From contig OZ024743.1 in the NCBI GenBank assembly GCA_964016885.1, positions 206,708,001 through 206,772,000 on the forward strand: a stretch of 64,000 nt of DNA, in the 5' to 3' direction. Each line of letters opens with the position of its first letter. The first letter of the stretch is position 1. The notes beneath the pieces were generated by a model, which saw nothing but the letters and a program-made list of their open reading frames with translations, was not told the origin of the DNA and did no database searches. This stretch comes from Eledone cirrhosa (Eukaryota). Of this stretch, positions 12,601-25,300 are shown one piece after another. The position numbers and the translations under genes are program-made.

Positions 12601-15600
12601 ACAGTGGTCTTACAGTAGTTGTGACTATGGTGTTGATAAAGTGGTCTTACTGTAGTTGTGGTTGTGGTGTTGATACAGTGGTCTTACAGTAGTTGTGACT
12701 ATGGTGTTGATACAGTGGTCTTACGGTAGTTATGACTATGGTGTTGATACACTGATCTTACAGTAGTTGTGACCGTGGTATTGATAAAGTGGTCTTACAG
12801 TAGTTGTGACTATGGTGTTGATACAGTGGTACTACAGTAGTTGTGACTCTGGTGTTGATACAGTGGTACTACAGTAGTTGTGACTATGGTGTTTATACAG
12901 TTGTCTTATGACTATGGTGTTGATACAGTGGTCTTACAGTAGTTATGACTATGGTGTTGATACAGTGGTCTTACAGTAGTTGTGAATATGCTGTTGATAC
13001 AGTGGTCTTACAGTAGTTGTGACTATGGTATTGATACAGTGGTCTTACAGTAGTTGTGAATATGCTGTTGATACAGTGGTCTTACAGTAGTTGTGACTAT
13101 GGTGTTGATAAAGTGGTCTTACTGTAGTTGTGGTTGTGGTGTTGATACAGTGGTCTTACAGTAGTTGTGACTGTGGTGTTGATACGGTGGTCTTACAGTA
13201 GTTGTGACTGTGGTGTTGATACAGTGGTCTTACAGTAGTTATGACTGTGGTGTTGATACAGTGTTCTTACAGTTATTGTGACTATGGTGTTGATACAGTG
13301 GTCTTACATTAGTTATGACTATGGTGATGATACAGTGGTCTTACGGTAGTTATGATTATGGTGTTGATACAGTGGTCTTACTGTAGTTGTGACTATGGTG
13401 TTTATACAGTGGTCTTACTGTAGTTGTGACTGTGGTGTTGATACAGTGGTCTTACAGTAGTTGTGACGATGGTATTGATACAGTGGTCTTTTGACTATGG
13501 TATTGATACAGTGGTCTTACGGTCGTTATGACTATGGTGTTGATACAGTGATCTTACAGTAGTTGTGACCGTGGTGTTGATACAGTGGTCTTACAGTAGT
13601 TGTGACTATGGTGTTGATACAGTGGTACTACAGTAGTTGTGACTATGGTGTTGATACAGTGGTACTATAGTAGTTGTGACAATGGTGTTGATACAGTGGT
13701 CTTACAGTAGTTGTGTCTATGTTGTTGATACAGTGGTCTTCTGACTATGGTGTTGATACAGTGGTCTTACGGTAGTTATGACTATGGTGTTGATACAGTG
13801 GTCTTACAGTAGTTATGACTATGGTGTTGATACAGTGGTCTTACAGTAGTTGTGACTATGGTGTTGATACATTGGTCTTATGACTTTGGTGTTGATACAG
13901 TGGTCTTACGGTAGTTATGACTATGGTGTTGATACAGTGGTCTTAAAGTAGTTGTGACTATGGTCTTGATACAGTGGTATTACAGTAGTTGTGACTATGG
14001 TGTTTATACAGTGGTCTTACTGTAGTTGTGACTGTGGTGTTGATACAGTGGTCTTAGAGTAGTTGTGACTGCATTGTTGATACAGTGGTCTTACAGTAGT
14101 TGTGACTATGGATTTTATACAGTGGTCTTACAGTAGTTATGACTATGGTGTTTATACAGTGGTCTTACAGTAGTTGTGACTATGGTGTTGATACAGTGGT
14201 ATTACAGACGTTCTGACTATGGTGTTGATGCAGTGGTCTTACAGTAGTTGTGAATTTTGTGCTGATACAGTGGTCTTACAGACGTTGTGACTGTGGTGTT
14301 GATACAGTGGTCTTACAGTAGTTGTGACTACGGTGTTGAATCAATGGTCTTACAGTAGTTGTGGCTGTGGTGTTGATACAGTGGTCTTACAGTAGTTGTA
14401 GCTGTGGTGTTGTTACAGTGATCTTACAGTAGTTGTGACTGTGATGTTGATACAGTGGTCTTACAGTAGTTGTGACTACGGTGTTGAATCAATGGTCTTA
14501 CAGTAGTTGTGGCTGTGGTGTTGATACATTGGTCTTACAGTAGTTGTAGCTGTGGTGTTGATACAGTGTTCTTACAGTAGTTGTGACTATGGTGTAGATA
14601 CAGTTGTCTTACAGTAATTGTGACTATGGTGTTGATACAGTGGACTTATGACTATGGTGTTGATACAGTGGTCTTACAGTAGTTGTGACTATGGTGTTGA
14701 TACAGTGGTCTTACAGTAGTTGTGACTATGGTGTTGATAAAGTGGTCTTACTGTAGTTGTGACTGTGGTGTTCATAGAGTGGTCTTACAGTAGTTATGAC
14801 TATGGTGTTGATACAGTTGTCTTACAGTAGTTGTCACTATGGTGTTGATACAGTGGTCTTATGGCTATGGTGTTGATAAGGTTGTCTTACGGTAGTTATG
14901 ACTATGGTGTTGATACAGTGGTCTTACAGTAGTTGTGAATATGGTGTTGATACAGTGGTCTTACAGTAGTTGTGACTATGGTGTTGATAAAGTGGTCTTA
15001 CAGTAGTTGTCACTGTGGTGCTGATACAGCGGTCTTACAGTAGTTGTGACTATGGTGTTGATACAGTGGTTTTACAGTAGTTGTGGTTGTGGTGTTGATA
15101 CAGTGGTCTTACAGTAGTTGTGACTGTGGTGTTGATACGGTGGTCTTACAGTAGTTGTGACTATGGTGTTTATACAGTGGTCTTACTGTAGTTGTGACTG
15201 TGGTGTTGTAACAGTGGTCTTACAGTAGTTATGACTGTGGTGTTGATACAGTGTTCTTACAGTTATTGTGACTATGGTGTTGATACAGTGGTCTTACATT
15301 AGTTATGACTATGGTGATGATACAGTGGTCTTACTGTAGTTGTGACTGTGGTGTTGATACAGTGGTCTTACAGTAGTTGTGACTATGGTGTTTATACAGT
15401 GGTCTTACTGTAGTTGTGACTGTGGTGTTGATACAGTGGTCTTACAGTAGTTGTGACTATGGTGTTGTTACAGTGGTCTTTTGACTATGGTGTTGATACA
15501 GTGGTCTTACGGTAGTTATGACTATGGTGTTGATACAGTGATCTTACAGTAGTCGTGACCGTGGTGTTGATAAAGTGGTCTTACAGTAGTTGTGACTATG

Positions 15601-16331
15601 GCGTTGATACAGTGGTACTACAGTAGTTGTGACTATGGTGTTGATACAGTGGTACTACAGTAGTTGTGACTATGGTGTTTATACAGTGGTCTTATGACTA
15701 TGGTGTTGATGCAGTGGTCTTACAGTAGTTATGACTATGGTGTTGATACAGTGGTCTTATGTCTATGGTGTTGATACAGTGGTCATACAGTAGTTGTGAC
15801 TATGGTTTTGATACGGTGGTCGTAGAGTAGTTATGACTATGCTGTTGATACAGTGGGCTTACAGTAGTTGTGACTGTGGTGTTGATACAGTGGTCTTAGA
15901 GTAGTTGTGACTGTGTTGTTGATACAGTGGTCTTACAGTAGTTGTGACTATGGCTTTTATACAGTGGTCTTACAGTAGTTGTGACTATGGTGTTGCTACA
16001 GTTGTGTTAGAGTAGTTATGACTGTGGTGTTGATACAGTGGTCTTACAGTAGTTGTGACAGTGGTGTTGATACAGTGGTCTTACAGTAGTTGTGACTGTG
16101 GTGTTGATACAGTGGTCTTACTGTAGTTGTGACTGTGGTGTTGATACAGTGCTCTTACAGTAGTTATGACTGTGGTGTTGATACAGTGTTCTTACAGTTA
16201 TTGTGACTATGGTGTTGATACAGTGGTCTTAAAGTAGTTGTGACTATGGTGTTTATACAGTGGTCTTACATTAGTTATGACTATGGTATTGATACAGTGG
16301 TCTTACGGTAGTTATGACTATGGTGTTCATA

Positions 16332-16368
16332 CAGTGGTCTTACAGTCATAACTACTGTAAGACCACTG
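16332..16368. repeat. Fold-back monomer (copy 3, haplotype B)
   Basis: CAGTGGTCTTACAGT-CATAACT-ACTGTAAGACCACTG. Confidence 0.95.
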
Positions 16369-18615
16369 ATACAGTGGTCTTACAGTAGTTGTGACTATGG
16401 TGTTGATACAGTGGTCTTACATTAGTTATGACTATGGTGTTGATACAGTGGTCTTACAGTTATTGTGGTGTTGATACAGTGTTCTTACAGTTATTGTGAC
16501 TATGGTGTTGATACAATAGTCTTACAGTAGTTGTAACTATGGTGTTGATACAATGGTCTTAGGATTATTGTGTTGATACAGTGGTCATACGGTAGTTATG
16601 TCTATGGTGTTCATACAGTGGTCTTACAGTATTTGTGACCGTGCTGCTGACACACTGGTCTTACAGTAGTTGTGACTATGGTGTTGATACAGTGGTCTTA
16701 CAGTAGTTGTGACTATGGTGTTGATACAGTGGTATTACAGTAGTTGTGACTAATGGTGTTGATACAGTGGACTTACATTAGTTGTGACTATGGTGTTGAT
16801 ACAGTGGTCTTATGACTATGGTGTTGATGTAGTGGTGTTACGGTAGTTATGACTATGGTGTTGATACAGTGGTCTTACTGTAGTTGTGACTATGGTTTTG
16901 ATACGGTGGTCTTAGAGTACTTATGACTATGCTGTTGATACAGTGGGCTTACAGTAGTTGTGACTGTGATGTTGATACAGTGGTCTTACAGTAGTTATAA
17001 CTGTTGTGTTGATACAGTGTTCTTACAGTAGTTGTGACTATGGTGTAGATACAGTGGTCTTACAGTAGTTGTGACTATGGGGTTTATACAGTGGTCTTAT
17101 GACTATGGTGTTGATACAGTGGTCTTACAGTAGTTGTGAATATGGTGTTGATACAGTGGTCTTACAGTAGTTGTGAATATGGTGTTGATAAAGTGGTCTT
17201 ACTGTAGTTGTGACTGTGGTGTTGATACATTGGTCTTACAATAGTTGTGACTATGGTGTTGATACAGTGGTCTTACAGTAGTTATGACTATGGTGTTGAT
17301 ACAGTGGTCTTACTGTAGTTGTGACTGTGGTGTTGATACAGTGGTCTTACAATAATTGTCACTATGGTGTTGATACAGTGGTCTCATGACTATGGTGTTG
17401 ATACAGTCGTCTTACGGTAGTTATGACTATGGTGTTGATACAGTGGTCTTACACTAGTTGTGAATATGGTGTTAATACAGTGGTCTTACAGTAGTTGCGA
17501 CTATGGTGTTGATACAGTGGTCTTACAGTAGTTGTGACTATAGTGTTGATACAGTGGTCTTACAGTCGTTGTGACTATAGTGTTGATACAGTGGTATTAC
17601 AGTGGTTGTGATTATGGTGTTGATACAGTGGTCTTACAGTAGTTGTGGCTGTGGTGTTGATACAGTGGTCTTAGAGTAGTTATGACTGTCGTGTTGATAC
17701 AGTGGTCTTACAGTAGTTGTGGTTGTGGTGTTGATACAGTGGTGTTACAGTAGTTGTGACTGTGGTGTTGATACAGTGGTCTTACAGTAGTTGTGACTGT
17801 GGTGTTGATACAGTGGTCTTACAGTAGTTATGACTGTGGTGTTTATACAGTGGTCTTAGTGTAGTTGTTACTATGGTGTTGATACAGTGGTCTTACATTA
17901 GTTATGACTATGGTGTTGATACAGCGGTCTTACAGTAGTTGTGACTATGGTGTTTATACAGTGGTCTTACTGTAGTTGTGACTATGGTGTTGATACAGTG
18001 GTCTTATGACTATGGTGTTGATACAGTGGTCTTACAGTAGTTGTGACTATGGTTTTGATACGGTGGTCGTAGTGTAGTTATGACTATGCTGTTGATACAG
18101 TGGGCTTACAGTAGTTGTGACTGTGGTGTTGATACAGTGGTCTTAGAGTAGTTGTGACTGTGTTGTTGATACAGTGGTCTTACAGTAGTTGTGACTATGG
18201 CTTTTATACAGTGGTCTTACAGTAGTTGTGACTATGGTGTTGCTACAGTGGTGTTAGAGTAGTTATGACTGTGGTGTTGATACAGTGGTCTTACAGTAGT
18301 TATGGTTGTGGTGTTGATACAGTTGTCTTACAGTAGTTGTGACTGTGGTGTTGATACAGTGGTCTTACAGTAGTTGTGACTGTGGTGTTGATACAGTGGT
18401 CTTACTGTAGTTGTGACTGTGGTGTTGATACAGTGGTCTTACAGTAGTTATGACTGTGGTGTTGATACAGTGTTCTTACAGTTATTGTGACTATTGTGTT
18501 GATACAGTGGTCTTAAAGTAGTTGTGACTATGGTGTTTATACAGTGGTCTTACATAAGTTATGACTATGGTATTGATACAGTGGTCTTACGGTAGTTATG
18601 ACTATGGTGTTCATA

Positions 18616-18652
18616 CAGTGGTCTTACAGTCATAACTACTGTAAGACCACTG
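18616..18652. repeat. Fold-back monomer (copy 4, haplotype A)
   Basis: Same 37-nt hairpin sequence, followed by ATACAGTGGACTT. Confidence 0.95.
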
Positions 18653-20070
18653 ATACAGTGGACTTACAGTAGTTGTGACTATGGTGTTGATGCAGTGGTC
18701 TTACATTAGTTATGACTATGGTGTTGATACAGTGGTCTTACAGTTATTGTGGTGTTGATACAGTGTTCTTACAGTTATTGTGACTATGGTGTTGATACGA
18801 TAGTCTTACAGTAGTTGTAACTATGGTGTTGATACAATGGTCTTATTTTGTTGATACAGTGGTCTTACGGTAGTTATGTCTATGCTGTTCATAAAGTGGT
18901 CTTACAGTATTTGTGATCGTGCTGCTGACACACTGGTCTTACAGTAGTTGGGACTATGGTGTTGATACAGTGGTCTTACAGTAGTTGTGACTATGGTGTT
19001 GATACAGTGGTATTACAGTAGTTGTGACTAATGGTGTTGATACAGTGGTCTTATGACTATGGTGTTGATACAGAGGTCTTACCGTAGTTATGACTATGGT
19101 GTTGATACAGTGGTCTTATGACTATGGTGTTGATGTAGTGGTGTTACGTTAGTTATGACTATGGTGTTGATACAGTGGTCTTACTGTAGTTGTGACTATG
19201 GTTTTGATACGGTGGTCTTAGAGTAGTTATGACTATGCTGTTGATACAGTGGGATTACAGTAGTTGTGACTATGGTGTAGATACAGTGGTCTTACAGTCG
19301 TTGTGACTATGGGGTTTATACAGTGGTCTTATGACTATGGTGTTGATACAGTGGTCTTACAGTAGTTGTGACTATGGTGTTGATACAGTGGTACTACAGT
19401 AGTTGTGACTATGGTGTTGATACAGTGGTACTACAGTAGTTGTGACTATGGTGTTTATACAGTGGTCTTATGACTATGGTGTTGATACAGTGGTCTTACA
19501 GTAGTTATGACTATGGTGTTGATACAGTGGTCTTATGTCTATGGTGTTGATACAGTGGTCTTACAGTAGTTGTGACTATGGTTTTGATACGGTGGTCGTA
19601 GAGTAGTTATGACTATGCTGTTGATACAGTGGGCTTACAGTAGTTGTGACTGTGGTTTTGATACAGTGGTCTTAGAGTAGTTGTGACTGTGTTGTTGATA
19701 CAGTGGTCTTACAGTAGTTGTGACTATGGCTTTTATACAGTGGTCTTACAGTAGTTGTGACTATGGTGTTGCTACAGTGGTGTTAGAGTAGTTATGACTG
19801 TGGTGTTGATACAGTGGTCTTACAGTAGTTGTGACAGTGGTGTTGATACAGTGGTCTTACAGTAGTTGTGACTGTGGTGTTGATACAGTGGTCTTACTGT
19901 AGTTGTGACTGTGGTGTTGATACAGTGGTCTTACAGTAGTTATGACTGTGGTGTTGATACAGTGTTCTTACAGTTATTGTGACTATGGTGTTGATACAGT
20001 GGTCTTAAAGTAGTTGTGACTATGGTGTTTATACAGTGGTCTTACGGTAGTTATGACTATGGTGTTCATA

Positions 20071-20107
20071 CAGTGGTCTTACAGTCATAACTACTGTAAG
20101 ACCACTG
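20071..20107. repeat. Fold-back monomer (copy 5, haplotype B)
   Basis: Same 37-nt hairpin sequence, followed by ATACAGTGGTCTT. Confidence 0.95.
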
Positions 20108-22354
20108 ATACAGTGGTCTTACAGTAGTTGTGACTATGGTGTTGATACAGTGGTCTTACATTAGTTATGTCTATGGTGTTGATACAGTGGTCTTACAGTT
20201 ATTGTGGTGTTGATACAGTGTTCTTACAGTTATTGTGACTATGGTGTTGATACAATAGTCTTACAGTAGTTGTAACTATGGTGTTGATACAATGGTCTTA
20301 GGATTATTGTGTTGATACAGTGGTCTTACGGTAGTTATGTCTATGGTGTTCATACAGTGGTCTTACAGTATTTGTGACCGTGCTGCTGACACACTGGTCT
20401 TACAGTAGTTGTGACTATGGTGTTGATACAGTGGTCTTACAGTAGTTGTGACTATGGTGTTGATACAGTGGTATTACAGTAGTTGTGACTAATGGTGTTG
20501 ATACAGTGGACTTACATTAGTTGTGACTATGGTGTTGATACAGTGGTCTTATGACTATGGTGTTGATGTAGTGGTGTTACGGTAGTTATGACTATGGTGT
20601 TGATACAGTGGTCTTACTGTAGTTGTGACTATGGTTTTGATACGGTGGTCTTAGAGTAGTTATGACTATGCTGTTGATACAGTGGGCTTACAGTAGTTGT
20701 GACTGTGATGTTGATACAGTGGTCTTACAGTAGTTATAACTGTTGTGTTGATACAGTGTTCTTACAGTAGTTGTGACTATGGTGTAGATACAGTGGTCTT
20801 ACAGTAGTTGTGACTATGGGGTTTATACAGTGGTCTTATGACTATGGTGTTGATACAGTGGTCTTACAGTAGTTGTGAATATGGTGTTGATACAGTGGTC
20901 TTACAGTAGTTGTGAATATGGTGTCGATAAAGTGGTCTTACTGTAGTTGTGACTGTGGTGTTGATACATTGGTCTTACAATAGTTGTGACTATGGTGTTG
21001 ATACAGTGGTCTTACAGTAGTTATGACTATGGTGTTGATACAGTGGTCTTACTGTAGTTGTGACTGTGGTGTTGATACAGTGGTCTTACAATAATTGTCA
21101 CTATGGTGTTGATACAGTGGTCTTATGACTATGGTGTTGATACAGTCGTCTCACGGTAGTTATGACTATGGTGTTGATACAGTGGTCTTACACTAGTTGT
21201 GAATATGGTGTTAATACAGTGGTCTTACAGTAGTTGCGACTATGGTGTTGATACAGTGGTCTTACAGTAGTTGTGACTATAGTGTTGATACAGTGGTCTT
21301 ACAGTAGTTGTGACTATAGTGTTGATACAGTGGTATTACAGTGGTTGTGATTATGGTGTTGATACAGTGGTCTTACAGTAGTTGTGGCTGTGGTGTTGAT
21401 ACAGCGGTCTTAGAGTAGTTATGACTGTCGTGTTGATACAGTGGTCTTACAGTAGTTGTGGTTGTGGTGTTGATACAGTGGTCTTACAGTAGTTGTGACT
21501 GTTGTGTTGATACAGTGGTCTTACAGTAGTTGTGACTGTGGTGTTGATACAGTGGTCTTACAGTAGTTATGACTGTGGTGTTTATACAGTGGTCTTAGTG
21601 TAGTTGTTACTATGGTGTTGATACAGTGGTCTTACATTAGTTATGACTATGGTGTTGATACAGCGGTCTTACAGTAGTTGTGACTATGGTGTTTATACAG
21701 TGGTCTTACTGTAGTTGTGACTATGGTGTTGATGTAGTGGTCTTATGACTATGGTGTTGATACAGTGGTCTTACAGTAGTTGTGACTATGGTTTTGATAC
21801 GGTGGTCGTAGTGTAGTTATGACTATGCTGTTGATACAGTGGGCTTACAGTAGTTGTGACTGTGGTGTTGATACAGTGGTCTTAGAGTAGTTGTGACTGT
21901 GTTGTTGATACAGTGGTCTTACAGTAGTTGTGACTATGGCTTTTATACAGTGGTCTTACAATAGTTGTGACTATGGTGTTGCTACAGTGGTGTTAGAGTA
22001 GTTATGACTGTGGTGTTGATACAGTGGTCTTACAGTAGTTATGGTTGTGGTGTTGATACAGTTGTCTTACAGTAGTTGTGACTGTGGTGTTGATACAGTG
22101 GTCTTACAGTAGTTGTGACTGTGGTGTTGATACAGTGGTCTTACTGTAGTTGTGACTGTGGTGTTGATACAGTGGTCTTACAGTAGTTATGACTGTGGTG
22201 TTGATACAGTGTTCTTACAGTTATTGTGACTATTGTGTTGATACAGTGGTCTTAAAGTAGTTGTGACTATGGTGTTTATACAGTGGTCTTACATTAGTTA
22301 TGACTATGGTATTGATACAGTGGTCTTACGGTAGTTATGACTATGGTGTTCATA

Positions 22355-22391
22355 CAGTGGTCTTACAGTCATAACTACTGTAAGACCACTG
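22355..22391. repeat. Fold-back monomer (copy 6, haplotype A)
   Basis: Same 37-nt hairpin sequence. Confidence 0.95.
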
Positions 22392-25300
22392 ATACAGTGG
22401 ACTTACAGTAGTTGTGACTATGGTGTTGATGCAGTGGTCTTACATTAGTTATGACTATGGTGTTGATACAGTGGTCTTACAGTTATTGTGGTGTTGATAC
22501 AGTGTTCTTACAGTTATTGTGACTATGGTGTTGATACAATAGTCTTACAGTAGTTGTAACTATGGTGTTGATACAATGGTCTTATTTTGTTGATACAGTG
22601 GTCTTACGGTAGTTATGTCTATGCTGTTCATACAGTGGTCTTACAGTATTTGTGACCGTGCTGCTGACACACTGGTCTTACAGTAGTTGGGACTATGGTG
22701 TTGATACAGTGGTCTTACAGTAGTTGTGACTATGGTGTTGATACAGTGGTATTACAGTAGTTGTGACTAATGGTGTTGATACAGTGGTCTTATGACTATG
22801 GTGTTGATACAGAGGTCTTACCATAGTTATGACTATGGTGTTGATACAGTGGTCTTATGACTATGGTGTTGATGTAGTGGTGTTACGTTAGTTATGACTA
22901 TGGTGTTGATACAGTGGTCTTACTGTAGTTGTGACTATGGTTTTGATACGGTGGTCTTAGAGTAGTTATGACTATGCTGTTGATACAGTGGGATTACAGT
23001 AGTTGTGACTATGGTGTAGATACAGTGGTCTTACAGTCGTTGTGACTATGGGGTTTATACAGTGGTCTTATGACTATGGTGTTGATACAGTGGTCTTACA
23101 GTAGTTGTGACTATGGTGTTGATACAGTGGTCTTACAGTAGTTGTGAATATGGTGTTGATAAAGTGGTCTTACTGTAGTTGTGACTGTGGTGTTGATACA
23201 TTGGTCTTACAATAGTTGTGACTATAGTGTTGATACAGTGGTCTTACAGTAGTTATGACTATGGTGTTGATACAGTGGTCTTATTGTAGTTGTGACTGTG
23301 GTGTTGATACAGTGCTCTTACAATAATTGTCACTATGGTGTTGATACAGTGGTCTTATGACTATGGTGTTGATACAGTCGTCTTACGGTAGTTATGACTA
23401 TGGTGTTGATACAGTGGTCTTACACTAGTTGTGAATATGGTGTTAATACAGTGGTCTTACGGTAGTTGTCACTATGGTGTTGATACAGTGGTCTTACAGT
23501 AGTTGTGACTGTGGTGCTGATACAGTGGTCTTACGGTAGTTGCGACTATGGTGTTGATACAGTGGTCTTACAGTAGTTGTGACTATAGTGTTGATACAGT
23601 GGTCTTACAGTAGTTGTGACTATGGTGTTGATACAGTGGTATTACAGTAGTTGTGATTATGGTGTTGATACAGTGGTCTTACAGTAGTTGTGGCTGTGGT
23701 GTTGATACAGTGGTCTTAGAGTAGTTATGACTGTGGTGTTGATACAGTCGTCTTACAGTAGTTGTGGTTGTGGTGTTGATACAGTGGTCTTACAATAGTT
23801 GTGACTGTGGTGTTGATACAGTGGTCTTACAGTAGTTGTGACTGTGGTGTTGATACAGTGGTCTTACAGTAGTTATGACTGTGGTGTTTATACAGTGGTC
23901 TTACTGTAGTTGTGACTATGGTGTTGATACAGTGGTCTTACATTAGTTATGACTATGGTGTTGATACAGTGGTCTTACAGTAGTTGTGACTATGGTTTTT
24001 ATACAGTGGTCTTACTGTAGTTGTGACTGTGGTGTTGATACAGTGGTCTTACAATAGTTGTGACTATGGTGTTAATACAGTATTCTTACAGTAGTTATGA
24101 CTATGGTGTTGATACAGTGGTCTTACAGTAGTTGTGACTATGGTGTTGATGCAGTGGTCTTATCACTATGGTGTTGATACATTGGTCTTACGGTAGTTAT
24201 GACTATGGTGTTGATACAGTGGTCTTACAGTAGTTGTGACTGTGGTGTTGATACAGTGGTCTTAGAGTAGTTGTGACTGTATTGTTGATACAGTGGTCTT
24301 ACAGTAGTTGTGACTATGGATTTTATACAGTGGTCTTACAGTAGTTATGACTATGGTGTTGATAGAATGGCCTTACGGTAGTTATGACTATGGTGTTGAT
24401 ACAGGTGTCTTACAGTAGTTGTGACTATGGTGTTGATACAGTCGTCTTACACTAGTTGTGAATATGGTGTTAATACAGTGGTCTTACAGTACTTGTGACT
24501 ATGGTGTTGATACAGTGGTCTTACAGTAGTTGTGACTGTGGTGCTGATACAGTGGTCTTAGAGTAGTTGCGACTATGGTGTTGATACAGTGGTCTTACAG
24601 TAGTTGTGGCTGTGGTGTTGATACAGTGGTCTTAGAGTAGTTATGACTGTGGTGTTGATACAGTGGTCTTACAGTAGTTGTGGTTGTGGTGTTGATACAG
24701 TGGTCTTGCAGTAGTTGTGACTGTGGAGTTGATACAGTGGTTTTACAGTAGTTGTGACTGTGGTGTTGATACAGTGGTCTTACAGTAGTTATGACTGTGG
24801 TGTTTATACAGTGGTCTTACTGTAGTTGTGACTATGGTGTTGATACAGTGGTCTTACATTAGTTATGACTATGGTGTTGATACAGTGGTCTTACGGTAGT
24901 TATGACTATGGTGTTCATACAGTGGTCTTACAGTAGTTGTGACTATGGTGTTTATACAGTGGTCTTACTGTAGTTGTGACTGTGGTGTTGATACAGTAGT
25001 CTTACAATAGTTGTGAGTATGGTGTTGATACAGTGTTCTTACAGTAGTTATGACTATGGTGTTGATACAGTGGTCTTACAGTAGTTGTGACTATGGTGTT
25101 GATACAGTGGTCTTATGACTATGGTGTTGATACAGTGGTCTTACGGTAGTTATGACTATGGTGTTGATACAGTGGTCTTAAAGTAGTTGTGACTATGGTG
25201 TTGATACAGTGGTATTACAGTAGTTGTGACTATGGTGTTGATACAGTGGTCTTATGACTATGGTGTTGATACAGTGGTCTTACAGTAGTTATGACTATGG

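Larger units (their letters stand above)
1..15200 (+). repeat. Left-domain higher-order repeat, variable period about 2.6-3.0 kb, interrupted at about 8.0-9.9 kb
   Basis: Marker AGTGGTTTTACAGTAGTTGTGGTTG at 1, 2573, 5608, 12057, 15065. Marker TTATGGCTATGG at 2367, 5402, 11851, 14859 (spacings 3035, 6449, 3008). Confidence 0.85.
15600..23100 (+). repeat. Tandem duplication, period about 3739 bp (3776 at the left end, a one-monomer difference)
   Basis: Hairpin copies 16332/20071 and 18616/22355 are both 3739 apart. ATACAGTCGTC at 17401 and 21140 (3739). CGTAGAG at 15821 and 19597 (3776 = 3739+37). Confidence 0.85.
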
